From Parcubacteria group bacterium GW2011_GWD2_38_12 (GTDB lineage: Bacteria; Patescibacteriota; Minisyncoccia; GWC2-36-17): a DNA stretch of 64,000 nt. The notes beneath the pieces are model-generated. The model searched no databases. It saw only the letters and a list, made by a program, of their open reading frames with translations, and had not been told where the DNA came from. Of the stretch, positions 30,117 to 40,582 are shown piece by piece. Every line of letters begins with the position of its first letter. Positions within the stretch are counted from its first letter, which is position 1. A program made the position numbers and the translations under genes. The DNA lies in NCBI GenBank assembly GCA_000992345.1, contig LBUA01000001.1:13542-77541 (forward strand), given 5' to 3'.

Positions 30117-32069
30117 ATGTTTATTTCAGGCGATGAAGAAGAATATAAAGTTTCAAGAAATGAACAATCTTCCATTGAGCCGGAAGAAATTTTTTTTGAC
30201 GCCAAGGTAAAACGTAATTTTTGGAATCAGGGCGGAGACCTTTCTCAATCCAGGATGGAAGTGCCCTTGGGTTTTAAAAATTTTTTTGTTGTCGGATTTT
30301 TAATAATAACCATGTTCCTGGTTATGTTTTTTTATAATTTTTATATTCAGATATTTTTAAAAGAAAAATTTAGGTTGCAGGCGAAAATCAACAGTATGAG
30401 GGTGGAGAGCATAAAAGCTCCTCGAGGCATTATTTATGATCATAATATGAAAGCGCTTGTATCCAATGAACCGAGTTTTGATGTGATTTTAATTCCGAAA
30501 GATTTATCAACTGACAGTGTAGATGATTATATTGGTGAATTAAGCGATATAATAGGAGTTTCGGAAAATGAATTAAGGGGGGTATTTGAAAATTCCGATA
30601 GAATGTCCATAGTGCCAATTATTTTAAAGGAAAATCTCGATAAAAACCTCGCTCTTTTACTGGAAGCGCAAATCAGCAATTTTAAAGGCATTGAGGTTGA
30701 AAAAAATGCCGTACGTGATTATAAAGATGGGATGATTTTTTCGCATCTTATTGGGTATACGGCAAAAATATCCGGTGAGGAATTAAAATTAAAAAAAAAT
30801 TATCTTCCAACCGACTATATAGGAAAAACTGGGATAGAGCAGTATTATGAGGATTTTTTGAGGGGAGAAAACGGGAAATATGTCAGCTATCTTGATGCGC
30901 GTCACAATACTTTAAGAGAGGGCTTGGAACGTGAGCCAAAAGTTGGCGATAGCGTTATTTTATCTATTGATGCTGATCTGCAAAAATTGGCCTATGAATC
31001 TTTGAAAGAGGCGACGAGTAAAGCCGGACTTGGCGGCGTGTTTATAGCTATCAATCCGAAAGATGGAAAAATTTTATCTGCTGTGAGCGCGCCGGGATAC
31101 GATAATAATCTTTTTTCTCGAGGGATTTCTAATAAGGATTATCAGTCGTTGCTCCAAGATAAATCTAAACTGCTTTTTAATAGAATTATTTCCGGAAAAT
31201 ACCCCCCAGGATCCAGCATAAAGCCATATATTGGAGCAGCAGCTCTTGAAGAAAATATTATTACTCCGGACAGGCAGATTTTAAGTACCGGAAGCATAGC
31301 TATAGGAGATAATCCAGAAACTGCTTATGTATTTAATGATTGGAAAATTGGTGGTCATGGGTGGGTTAATATTGGCAAGGCGATTGCGCAGTCCGTGAAT
31401 ACTTATTTTTATACGATTGGCGGTGGCTACGGCGATATAAAAGGCCTTGGCATGGAAAAAATTAAAAAGCATCTTGAGCAATTCGGTTTTAATAATCTGT
31501 CCGGCATAGATATTTTAGGGGAATCAGGAGGATTTATTCCTACGCCGGAGTGGAAAAAAGAAAAAATAGGAGAAAGTTGGTATATCGGCGACACCTATAA
31601 TGCATCTATCGGCCAGGGCTATATAACGGTGACGCCATTACAGATTGCTCTTGCCGTATCTACAATCGCGAATGGCGGAATTCTTTTTGAGCCGAAATTA
31701 GCGGAGAGAATTATTGATTCCAATAAGAAAATAATCCAAGAATTTGCTCCAGAAATTATTAGGAAGGATTTTATTCAAAAAAATAATATTGAAGTTATAA
31801 GGCGTGCGATGAGAGAAACGGTTAGCGATGGATCGGCGAGGTCGCTGAATGAATTGCCTATTAAGGTTGCCGGAAAAACCGGCACAGCGCAATTCGGAGG
31901 CGATGGGAAAACACATGCATGGTTTTCCGGATGGGCGCCATATGAAAATCCGGAGATTGCCATTGTTGTTTTAGTTGAAGGAGGAGGTGAGGGGTCTTCT
32001 GTTTCTGTGCCAATAGCTAAAGAAATTTTTAAATGGTGGGCTGAACAGAAAATTAAAGATTCAAAATGA
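30117..32069 (+). CDS. mrdA: Penicillin-binding protein 2 (elongasome class B transpeptidase)
   Basis: N-terminal TM helix and PBP dimerisation domain, then transpeptidase motifs SxxK (GSSIKP), SxN region and KTGT (VAGKTGTAQ). Confidence 0.85.
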   Translation: MFISGDEEEYKVSRNEQSSIEPEEIFFDAKVKRNFWNQGGDLSQSRMEVPLGFKNFFVVGFLIITMFLVMFFYNFYIQIFLKEKFRLQAKINSMRVESIKAPRGIIYDHNMKALVSNEPSFDVILIPKDLSTDSVDDYIGELSDIIGVSENELRGVFENSDRMSIVPIILKENLDKNLALLLEAQISNFKGIEVEKNAVRDYKDGMIFSHLIGYTAKISGEELKLKKNYLPTDYIGKTGIEQYYEDFLRGENGKYVSYLDARHNTLREGLEREPKVGDSVILSIDADLQKLAYESLKEATSKAGLGGVFIAINPKDGKILSAVSAPGYDNNLFSRGISNKDYQSLLQDKSKLLFNRIISGKYPPGSSIKPYIGAAALEENIITPDRQILSTGSIAIGDNPETAYVFNDWKIGGHGWVNIGKAIAQSVNTYFYTIGGGYGDIKGLGMEKIKKHLEQFGFNNLSGIDILGESGGFIPTPEWKKEKIGESWYIGDTYNASIGQGYITVTPLQIALAVSTIANGGILFEPKLAERIIDSNKKIIQEFAPEIIRKDFIQKNNIEVIRRAMRETVSDGSARSLNELPIKVAGKTGTAQFGGDGKTHAWFSGWAPYENPEIAIVVLVEGGGEGSSVSVPIAKEIFKWWAEQKIKDSK

Positions 32070-32133
32070 AAAAGAGACAAACGCAAAATGCTTGACTTTT
32101 GAGAAGTAACCTTTTATCATTCAAAGTTATTAA

Positions 32134-32202
32134 ATTCGCTATTCGCTAATCGCTATTCGCTAATCGTTTTTTATGATTTGCGTTTTGCATTTTGCGTTTT
32201 GC
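32134..32202. repeat. Intergenic tandem repeats (ATTCGCTA/ATCGCTA units, then GCGTTTTGCATTTTGCGTTTTGC)
   Basis: Direct reading of attcgctattcgctaatcgctattcgctaatcg ... gatttgcgttttgcattttgcgttttgc. Confidence 0.8.
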
Positions 32203-32213
32203 TTTTTAGCAAG

Positions 32214-32678
32214 ATGTCGTCAAAAGAATATATTTCTGAGGAGGGTCTTGAGAAATTAAAACAAGAATTAGAGAATTTTAAAACTGTCAAAAGACAAGAA
32301 ATCGCTCAGCGTCTTGAAGAAGCGAAAAAAATGGGAGATTTGTCAGAAAATGCCGAATATACAGAAGCAAGGGAAGCTCAGGAGTTTAATGAGCGTGAAA
32401 TTGCAGAAATGGAGGACTTAATTAAAAAAGCGATAGTAATCGGGAAAACTAAAAATAAAGATGAAATACAAGTAGGGTCTGTGTTTGTTGTGAAATCTCA
32501 CGGAAAAGAACAAGAGCTGACTATTGTTGGCTCGGAAGAGGCGGATCCAATCCAAGGGAAAATCTCCAACGAATCTCCTCTTGGCAAAGCATTTCTAGGC
32601 AAGAAAAAGGGAGATGATGCCAGGATTAAAACTCCCAAGGGGGAAGCGAAATATACTATAGAGAAAATTATTTCGTAA
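32214..32678 (+). CDS. greA: Transcription elongation factor GreA
   Basis: The coiled-coil N-terminus carries the acidic tip (MGDLSENAEYTEA). The C-terminus is FKBP-like. Confidence 0.9.
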   Translation: MSSKEYISEEGLEKLKQELENFKTVKRQEIAQRLEEAKKMGDLSENAEYTEAREAQEFNEREIAEMEDLIKKAIVIGKTKNKDEIQVGSVFVVKSHGKEQELTIVGSEEADPIQGKISNESPLGKAFLGKKKGDDARIKTPKGEAKYTIEKIIS

Positions 32679-32682
32679 GCGC

Positions 32683-32712
32683 GAGGCGGCCGAATGGCCG
32701 CCTTTTTTATTT
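32683..32712 (+). terminator. Rho-independent terminator after greA
   Basis: gaggcggccgaatggccgcctttttt. Confidence 0.8.
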
Positions 32713-32792
32713 TCTTGTCTAAATGTGTTTTTTTAGCTAAACTTAAAACATATAACATGAAATATATAACATGAAACACAAAGCATTTTTTA

Positions 32793-34337
32793 TTGAATTT
32801 TTGCTCCATGTTTCATATTTCATGTTCCACAAAGTTGGCTTCTATTGAAGAAATTCGCGATAATCGCATAAAAAAACTGGAAGAATTAAGGAAATTCGAC
32901 ATAAATCCATATCCCGCAAAAAGCGGAAGGAATTTTTCTATTGCCGATATTTTGACTGATTTTGATAATTTAGCGCAAGATAAAAAAGAAGTGATTTTAG
33001 CCGGAAGGATTACTTCTTTGCGCGGTCAAGGCGCTTTGATATTCGTAGATCTGAAGGATGGCAGTGGGAGTATCCAACTTTTTTTTAAAAAAGATAATTT
33101 TAGCGACAGTGATTTTGAAAAATTACAAAACTTGTTTGATATAGGAGATATTGTGGAATCCGGCGGTATTTTGTTCGTCACTAAACGTGGCGAGAAAACT
33201 CTGGAAGTTAAAAATTTCAGGATTTTGACTAAAAGTTTAAGACCGATACCCACGGAATTTTACGGACTTTCCGATATTGAAGAACGCTATCGTAGAAGAT
33301 ATTTGGATCTCCTATTGAATGATGATGTTAGAGAAAAATTCATTAAGCGCAGTAAAATTATAAATGTTTTGAGAGAATTTTATAATACAAAAGGATATTT
33401 GGAGGTGGAAACGCCGATATTACAGACAATCCCGGGTGGAGCAACTGCCAAACCATTTAAAACACATTTAAATGCGCTTGATCTTGATTTATATTTGCGC
33501 ATTGCCCCGGAACTTTATTTAAAACGTCTTTTGGTGGGTGGGTTTGAAAAAGTTTATGAAATAGGAAGGTGTTTTCGCAACGAAGGAATGGACGCGACTC
33601 ACAACCCCGATTTCACGATGCTTGAAAGCTATAGCGCTTATGAAAATTACAAAGATTTAATGATTATGGTGGAACGATTGATGGAATTTTTGATTGCCAA
33701 AATCTATCCCGACGCGGAAAACTATAGAATAGAATATAAAGAACAAAAAATTATTTTTAAGGCCCCATACATGATAATAGAATTTACGGAGCTGTTAAAA
33801 GAACATTTTAAGATTGATTATGATGAAATGTCTGAAGACGAATTATTTAAATTTGCGGAAAAAGAAATTAAAAATAGAAAAAGTGATTTAAAGTTAAAAC
33901 AGGGTATGCATAAAGGAAAAATAGCTGATGAGCTTTATAAGGAGTTCATAAGAAGTGAAATCATTCAGCCGATATTTATGATAAATCATCCTCTTGAACT
34001 TTCTCCGCTTGCTAAAAAAACAGAAGAAAATCCCTTGAAAGTGGAAAGATTTCAATTGATTGTTGCGGGGATTGAATTAATGAATGGATATTCCGAGCTC
34101 AATGATCCAATTGATCAGCATAAAAGATTCAGAGAGCAGGAAAATATCGGAAAATCCGGAGATGAGGAAGTGCAAAGACTTGATATTGATTATATTGAAG
34201 CATTGGAATATGGCATGCCTCCAGCTGCCGGGCTTGGTATTGGCGTTGAACGGTTAGTGATGCTTCTGACTGATTCCCAGACCTTGAGAGAATCCATGCT
34301 TTTCCCGACAATGAAACCTCGCGGTGAGGGAAGATGA
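32793..34337 (+). CDS. lysS: Lysine--tRNA ligase (class II). True start probably a few codons downstream of the annotated ORF start.
   Basis: N-terminal OB anticodon-binding domain, class II motifs 1-3 (FRNEGMDATHNPDFT, ...GIELMNGYSELNDP..., GLGIGVERLVMLL). Confidence 0.9.
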   Translation: MNFCSMFHISCSTKLASIEEIRDNRIKKLEELRKFDINPYPAKSGRNFSIADILTDFDNLAQDKKEVILAGRITSLRGQGALIFVDLKDGSGSIQLFFKKDNFSDSDFEKLQNLFDIGDIVESGGILFVTKRGEKTLEVKNFRILTKSLRPIPTEFYGLSDIEERYRRRYLDLLLNDDVREKFIKRSKIINVLREFYNTKGYLEVETPILQTIPGGATAKPFKTHLNALDLDLYLRIAPELYLKRLLVGGFEKVYEIGRCFRNEGMDATHNPDFTMLESYSAYENYKDLMIMVERLMEFLIAKIYPDAENYRIEYKEQKIIFKAPYMIIEFTELLKEHFKIDYDEMSEDELFKFAEKEIKNRKSDLKLKQGMHKGKIADELYKEFIRSEIIQPIFMINHPLELSPLAKKTEENPLKVERFQLIVAGIELMNGYSELNDPIDQHKRFREQENIGKSGDEEVQRLDIDYIEALEYGMPPAAGLGIGVERLVMLLTDSQTLRESMLFPTMKPRGEGR

Positions 34338-34376
34338 GATATTTGTTTTTTGAAAATTAAATAAGGAGGGCTGAGA

Positions 34377-34925
34377 ATGAAAAAACGGATAAGGGATGAC
34401 GATATTAAAATTGATGATCTTTGTGAAATATATGAGACAAAAGATATAAATAAGGTTGAGTTTGAAATGGCTCATAATGATATCAACAAAGATTATGTGC
34501 CATATATTTGCGTATATCCCAAGAGTTATGGAGCTGAGAGTTTGCTTTTTTGGATGGATACCGTAATGTCCGTAAAAATAAAGGCGATTTGTCTTGCGAA
34601 ATTGTTTTGGCTACTTTTAAATGATGAAAATATGGCCCGTATAATTTTTGAAGGTGGGCGGTCGCAGAATTTGCAAGATTTAAAATCCGATTGCGGCTTT
34701 GATCACAATTCAAAAGACGGGGATTATTGTGATGCTGTCGGTATAAAACAAGAGGATTTTAAAAAAGCTTTTAGCGCGCTTGATAATTTATTTTATGCCA
34801 ACCATATGGAGCAAATGGTTGATATTCTAGAATTATTTCTGCAAAAATCATTTGAGAATAAAATAAAATCCTCAGTTTTGCATATTTTATTAAGGAATTT
34901 GATTGAAAAAATAGCATTGGCATAG
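34377..34925 (+). CDS. Hypothetical protein
   Basis: ORF with a strong SD (AAGGAGGG) 8 nt upstream. No motif recognised. A terminator hairpin follows at about 34945-34975. Confidence 0.4.
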   Translation: MKKRIRDDDIKIDDLCEIYETKDINKVEFEMAHNDINKDYVPYICVYPKSYGAESLLFWMDTVMSVKIKAICLAKLFWLLLNDENMARIIFEGGRSQNLQDLKSDCGFDHNSKDGDYCDAVGIKQEDFKKAFSALDNLFYANHMEQMVDILELFLQKSFENKIKSSVLHILLRNLIEKIALA

Positions 34926-35090
34926 GAAATAAAATTAAAAGAGCTATCTTTCGGGATTGCTCTTTTTTGTCTTTAAAGTATACTTTTAGTAATGATATAG
35001 AGAGAGAAATGTGAAAGTAATTTCTCTTGTCTCCGAGCCGAGCCTGCCTGTAGGCAGGCAGGGAGTTGACGCAGGTTAATGCCTTTAGTA

Positions 35091-35848
35091 TGTCCCAATA
35101 TTATAATCCTAAAAGGACAAAAAATTTATTTAATCCCGAAAGTAAAGACCAATTTAAATTGAGTCGTTCAAAAATTGACCTTTTTTTGAATTGTCCGCGA
35201 TGTTTTTATTTGGATAGACGTCTTGGAGTCGATAGGCCGCCGGGATTTCCATTTGCCTTGAATTCCGCGGTTGATAAATTACTCAAGAAAGAATTTGATA
35301 TTCACCGCATTAAAGCGTCAGCTCATCCATTGATGGATAAATATAAAATTGATGCCATACCGTTTTTGCATAAAGATTTGGATCAGTGGCGCGCAAATTT
35401 TATTGGCGTGCAATATCTCCATAAACCGACAAATTTTATTGTTACCGGAGCGATTGATGATGTTTGGATAAATTCCAATGGTGAGTTGATGGTGGTTGAT
35501 TATAAGGCAACAAGCAAGGAAAGCGAGGTCAATCTTGAAGCGGAGTGGCAAATAGGGTATAAAAGACAGATGGAAATTTATCAATGGCTTTTGCGAAAAA
35601 ATGGCCATAAAGTTTCTGATATCGGATATTTTGTCTATTGCAACGGTAAAACGGATAGAGCGGCGTTTGATGGTAAATTGGATTTTGATGTGACAATCTT
35701 GGATTATAAGGGAGATGACGGTTGGGTGGAAAAAGCCGTAAAAGAAGCCCATGATTGTTTAGTGGCAGATAGTATTCCGAAAGCAAATTCGGATTGTGAT
35801 TACTGCAATTATCGCGAAGCGGTGAATGATTTAAAAATTAGCCGTTAG
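35091..35848 (+). CDS. Cas4/RecB-like PD-(D/E)XK nuclease with an N-terminal CxxC and a C-terminal Cys cluster (stand-alone, not CRISPR-linked)
   Basis: CPRCFYLDR, GAIDDVW...GELMVVDYKATS (D...E-x-K), QMEIYQ (QxxxY) and C...CDYC. Confidence 0.6.
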
Positions 35849-35906
35849 CTTTTAGATTCTATTTAAGAAGTTAACAATTAACAATTAACAATTAATAGCT
35901 AATTCA

Positions 35907-37184
35907 ATGATTGATATAGATTTACTTCGTAAAAATCCCGAGACATTCGTGAGGGGCTCAAAAAATAAAAACATTAATATAGATATTGATGAAGTTTTGG
36001 AATTGGATAAAAGGTGGCGCGATGTATTGAGGGAGACGGAAGATATGCGAGCTAAACAGAATTTTTTTGGCGAAGGAGTATCCTCCGAAAAGAGTGAGGC
36101 GAGAAAAAGGGAGATGATAGAAGAGCTTAAAAATATAAAAGATCAAATAAAAACCAAAGAAATTGAAGAAAGTATATTGAAAGAAAAATTAGATAAAATG
36201 ATTCGGCAAATTCCCAATCCTCCCTTTGATGGCGTGATTATCGGGAAAGATGAAAACGACAATAAAGTATTGCGTGAAATTGGATTAAAACCATTTTTTA
36301 ATTTTAAATTTAAAAATTACATTGAGATAGGCGAGGAATTGGATTTGATAGATACGGAAAGAGCGGCTAAAGTTTCTGGTACAAGATTCGGATATTTGAA
36401 GGGAGGAGCGGCCGTACTGGAATTTGCTCTTATTCAATATGCGTTTGATATTTTAATGAAAGAAGGTTTTGTCCCTATTGTTCCTCCAGTTCTTGTAAAA
36501 CCGGAAGCTATACAGGCGATGGGTTATGTCGAGCGTGGCGGAGATGAGATATATTTTTTAGAAAAAGACAATATATATCTTGTGGGCACATCTGAACAAT
36601 CAATCGGTCCCATGCATAAGGATGAAATTTTTGAAGAAAAAGAATTGCCAAAAAGATATGTTGCTTTTTCATCTTGCTTTAGAAGAGAAGCCGGTTCACA
36701 CGGAAAAGACACTCGGGGAATTTTGAGGGTGCATCAATTTGATAAGTTAGAAATGTTTTGTATTACGACGCCGGAAAAATCAAAAGAGGAACACCAATTT
36801 TTATTGTCGCTTGAAGAAAGATTAATGCAGGGATTAAAAATTCCCTATAGAGTTCTAGATATTTGCAGTGGAGATTTGGGGGATCCGGCGGCCGCAAAAT
36901 ACGACATTGAGGCCTGGATACCGTCTCAGGATACTTATCGCGAGACCCACTCATCATCAAATACGACCGATTTCCAATCAAGGAGATTAAATATTAGATA
37001 TCGTCCCAAAGGCCAAGAAAAAGGCACTCGATTTGTACATATGCTCAATGGCACGGCCTTTGCCATTGGCAGAATGATTATTGCCATACTGGAGAATTAT
37101 CAGCAAGCAGATGGATCGATTGTGATTCCCGAGGTTCTGCAAAAATACATGCCCGGACACAAGGATATTATTTCTAAAAAATAA
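35907..37184 (+). CDS. serS: Serine--tRNA ligase
   Basis: N-terminal coiled-coil tRNA-binding arm and class II catalytic core (FRREAGSHGKDTRGILRVHQF, GSGDLG, NGTAFAIGR). Confidence 0.95.
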   Translation: MIDIDLLRKNPETFVRGSKNKNINIDIDEVLELDKRWRDVLRETEDMRAKQNFFGEGVSSEKSEARKREMIEELKNIKDQIKTKEIEESILKEKLDKMIRQIPNPPFDGVIIGKDENDNKVLREIGLKPFFNFKFKNYIEIGEELDLIDTERAAKVSGTRFGYLKGGAAVLEFALIQYAFDILMKEGFVPIVPPVLVKPEAIQAMGYVERGGDEIYFLEKDNIYLVGTSEQSIGPMHKDEIFEEKELPKRYVAFSSCFRREAGSHGKDTRGILRVHQFDKLEMFCITTPEKSKEEHQFLLSLEERLMQGLKIPYRVLDICSGDLGDPAAAKYDIEAWIPSQDTYRETHSSSNTTDFQSRRLNIRYRPKGQEKGTRFVHMLNGTAFAIGRMIIAILENYQQADGSIVIPEVLQKYMPGHKDIISKK

Positions 37185-37190
37185 TCATAA

Positions 37191-37224
37191 CATTTGACGT
37201 CTGACATTTGACGCCTGACATTTT
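37191..37224. repeat. Intergenic tandem repeat CATTTGACG(T/C)CTGA x2.5
   Basis: catttgacgtctgacatttgacgcctgacatttt. Confidence 0.8.
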
Positions 37225-37256
37225 TTAAAAGTTAATTGTCGATTGCTGATGGTTAA

Positions 37257-38132
37257 TTGTTCTCTTCGCGATTGTCTCGCAATTACAGTAAAAATTATAA
37301 TTTCTCGGGTAGATCCCCAATAAAATCGCGAAATTCAATATGGCGGACGGTTGTTAAATTTGTATATATAGTTTTGCCCATAATTATTATTGTATTTGGA
37401 GTATATTTTTTTATTTTTTCCGATTTTTTCAAAATCAAAGAAATTGTGGTTAGAGGTAATAGTTATGTCGTCAGCGCGGCCATAGTGGATGCATTTCAGA
37501 ATATATTTGCGGAAACGAAATTGTTATTTTTGAAAAATAACAATTTGAATATATTGAATTCTCAAAGCGCAGAGCAAGAAATTAAAGATAAATTTCCGAG
37601 GATAGAAGAAGTAAGCATAGAAAAACAATGGCCGGATAAAATTATTGTGGTCATCAAAGAGAAAGAAGCAGTGGAGATATTGTGCAAATCAAAAAATGCC
37701 TCTGTTTCCGATTTTTCCGTTGCTAATTTTTCCGACTGTTTTTTTATTGATAAAAACGGCATTGCTTTTGACAGAGCGGCTGACACTCAGGGATTTTTAA
37801 TTCTAAAAATTCTGGATAATAGGGGAGTTGATATTGGGCTGGATAAAAAATCGTTAAATACGGAATTTTTGAATTTTGTCAGAGACTTAAAAAATAACTT
37901 TGACGATTATTTGAATTACAATATAAAATTAATAGTCCTCGATCATTCGGCGCAAAGAGAGGTTTCTGCTCTAATTGATAATTGGCGGGCGATATTTGAT
38001 GTTTCCGGAGACGCAAAGAAACAGCTTTTTGTATTGAGGGAGGTGTTGGAAAAAGAAGTAAAAGATCAAAAAGACAAGTTGGATTATATTGATTTAAGAG
38101 TTGAGGGCAGAGCGTATTATAAGCTAAAATAA
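37257..38132 (+). CDS. FtsQ/DivIB-like cell-division protein (TM helix plus POTRA domain)
   Basis: Single N-terminal TM helix, followed by a POTRA-like IKEIVVRGNSYV... segment. Confidence 0.5.
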   Translation: MFSSRLSRNYSKNYNFSGRSPIKSRNSIWRTVVKFVYIVLPIIIIVFGVYFFIFSDFFKIKEIVVRGNSYVVSAAIVDAFQNIFAETKLLFLKNNNLNILNSQSAEQEIKDKFPRIEEVSIEKQWPDKIIVVIKEKEAVEILCKSKNASVSDFSVANFSDCFFIDKNGIAFDRAADTQGFLILKILDNRGVDIGLDKKSLNTEFLNFVRDLKNNFDDYLNYNIKLIVLDHSAQREVSALIDNWRAIFDVSGDAKKQLFVLREVLEKEVKDQKDKLDYIDLRVEGRAYYKLK

Positions 38133-38309
38133 TTCTTTTTTAAAATATTTCGGGACAAAAGAATCATTCCCGCAGACGCTGATAAAATTTAAAGAGTCAA
38201 GAGGAGATATTTTATGAATAAAATCTCAGTGTGCGGATAAAAAATCATAGTGTTGTAAATATCCAGTATTATAAATTAAAAAACCAGCCGTTTAAGACGA
38301 CCGGTTTTA

Positions 38310-39323
38310 TCATTTTAGATATTTCAAGATGCTCTGATAATAATTAAGCATCTTATTGCAACACGTAAGATTATAATCCGCCGCTGATGTATACTTTTGG
38401 GGATCCCATTGAAAATAAGATTCTTCAAAATAATTAATCATAAAACGCGCGGCCAGTTCCAGCGTTATAAGAAGAGTGGCATTTAAAGCTGTTTTCTCAT
38501 TAATATAATCTTTTTTGTTTTGAGTTAAATATGCCTTCAATGCCGCGTCAAAAAGTTTTTTATCGAATTCGGCATAATTTTTAATACTCCAACTCCTGAG
38601 AGCGTCTCCAATGTCTATTAATTCATTGGCCCCCATTAAAGTATCCATATCTATTAAAGCAACCACTTTTCCGTCTCTAAAAAGAAAATTTTCAAATTTT
38701 GGATCTCCGTGTATTATTATTTTGGGTAATTTCTTCGGTAAATAATGTTTTGGCGTATTTTCCGATATAAACGATGTTTGGTATTGTGCTTTTCGAGCCT
38801 TTATTTTGTCTTCGCGGTCAGGGCTATTTGATGCAAGAGCAGTCATGAATATCAGTTTTTTAATAATTCGTTTTGTGTTGTGAAAATTTATAGCAGGTGG
38901 CTTATTTATCGGGCCGTCATATTTAGACATAATCTCATGGAATTTACCGAGTTTTGAAGCGGCTTTGATGACTAAGGGAATATTTTTCTCGACTTTGTCA
39001 TGCTCAATATAGCGCGATACCTTCCAATTGTGATTTTTAATCTTTGTCGTTAATGAGAGATTAGAGTTTTTGATTAACTGCGGGATATCGAAGAATTGAT
39101 GATTTCGTAAATAGTTTGATGCGAGATACTGTCTTAAAGTTGTGCTTTTTGGGAAAAATTTATTGAGGCGCTGGGCCACAAATGCCCCCCGATTGGTTAT
39201 TATCTTGAATGTGTCATTTGTAATTCCGCCTGATAATTTTTCGCAACTTTTTATTTCATCCAATCCAAATCTTCCAGCGACTTTTTCTAATGCTTCCATA
39301 TCCCCATCATTGATTATCGGCAT
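38310..39323 (-). CDS. Aminoglycoside/choline-ethanolamine kinase-family phosphotransferase (APH fold)
   Basis: Brenner motif IHGDPKFENFLF and DxD (LIDMDT) of APH-type kinases. Confidence 0.7.
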   Translation of the reverse strand: MPIINDGDMEALEKVAGRFGLDEIKSCEKLSGGITNDTFKIITNRGAFVAQRLNKFFPKSTTLRQYLASNYLRNHQFFDIPQLIKNSNLSLTTKIKNHNWKVSRYIEHDKVEKNIPLVIKAASKLGKFHEIMSKYDGPINKPPAINFHNTKRIIKKLIFMTALASNSPDREDKIKARKAQYQTSFISENTPKHYLPKKLPKIIIHGDPKFENFLFRDGKVVALIDMDTLMGANELIDIGDALRSWSIKNYAEFDKKLFDAALKAYLTQNKKDYINEKTALNATLLITLELAARFMINYFEESYFQWDPQKYTSAADYNLTCCNKMLNYYQSILKYLK

Positions 39324-39365
39324 AATCAGCCCCCTTTTTATATTTTAGCTGTATTTTAAAAGAAC

Positions 39366-40541
39366 CTAATATTTTATCTTAATAAAATCATTATATAATT
39401 TTTCGTATTCTAAGACAATATTTTCAATAGCGTATTTTTGAGCCGCTTTTTGGGAGTTTTCCGACATTTTTTGTCTTAAGGTCGGGTTTTCTATTAATTT
39501 GGTTATCTCTTTTGAGAGTTCGATAAAGCTGTACCTTTCCGTTATGAGACCGGTTGTTCCATGTTCTACATATTCATCGATTGGGGATTTGGCGACAATT
39601 TGCGGCAGGCCTAGAGCCATTGCCTCAAATATCGGCAAGGGCTGATTTTCGGTATCTGATGCGGTAATAAAAATATCATTTGCAGCCACGGCATCGATGA
39701 AATTTTGGTCTATCAACATGCCAAAAAATATGACCTTGTCTCTAATGTTTAATCTTTTCGCGAATTTTTCAAGATTTTTTCTCTCCGGTCCATCGCCAAT
39801 TAAGGAAAGTTTTATTTTGGGATATTTTGGCGAAAGAAGCGCAAAAACTTTCAAGAGTTCATGGATTCTTTTCTCGTAGGTAATTTTTCCGAAATAAACT
39901 AAAGAAAATTCTGGCAAACCACAACGTTTTTTTAGTATATCTTTTTGCGCTGATGGTTTAAATTTAGAAATATCTATTGAGTTGGGAATAATAGAAACTG
40001 GAGCAGTAAGACCGTTTTTGATAAGATTCTCCGCAATGGTTTTTGACGGTACAATGACTATTTTACAGGAGTTATAAAATTTAACAATTTCTTTTTTAAG
40101 GAGGAATTCCGAAAGAAATGATCGACTTTTTATTATATGTTCTATATAGTTGGCATAAAAAGTATGGTGGGATCCGATTAGGGGAAGTTTTAAGATGCGA
40201 GCGACTTTTCGCGCTTCGTGGCCGGCGAAAAAGGGCGTATGAGCATGAATAACATCGGGATTTAATGAAAGAATATCCCGAAAGCCGGGGTTTATGGGAT
40301 GGAAGATATTTTTCAGATTAAAATATTCGTTTTTTGCTCTGTAGATTTCTATAAGTTGCGGTTTTTCAAAGTCGTTATCTATATTATTCTCTGATGATTG
40401 GTTTGTGAAAATAGAAACATTGTGGCCGTGATTTGCAAGTTCGTGGCTTAATGTTTGGAGAGAAACAGAAATACTGTTTATGTCCGGAAGAAAAGTGTCG
40501 GAAAAAAAGGAGATACGCATAAAATATGAAACATGTAACAT
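39366..40541 (-). CDS. Glycosyltransferase family 4
   Basis: GT-B fold. C-terminal region FITASDTENQPLPIFEAMALGLPQIV (E-x7-E). Confidence 0.8.
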   Translation of the reverse strand: MLHVSYFMRISFFSDTFLPDINSISVSLQTLSHELANHGHNVSIFTNQSSENNIDNDFEKPQLIEIYRAKNEYFNLKNIFHPINPGFRDILSLNPDVIHAHTPFFAGHEARKVARILKLPLIGSHHTFYANYIEHIIKSRSFLSEFLLKKEIVKFYNSCKIVIVPSKTIAENLIKNGLTAPVSIIPNSIDISKFKPSAQKDILKKRCGLPEFSLVYFGKITYEKRIHELLKVFALLSPKYPKIKLSLIGDGPERKNLEKFAKRLNIRDKVIFFGMLIDQNFIDAVAANDIFITASDTENQPLPIFEAMALGLPQIVAKSPIDEYVEHGTTGLITERYSFIELSKEITKLIENPTLRQKMSENSQKAAQKYAIENIVLEYEKLYNDFIKIKY

Positions 40542-40582
40542 GAAATATGTAATCCGCCGTGGCGGACTTCATGATTCATGAG

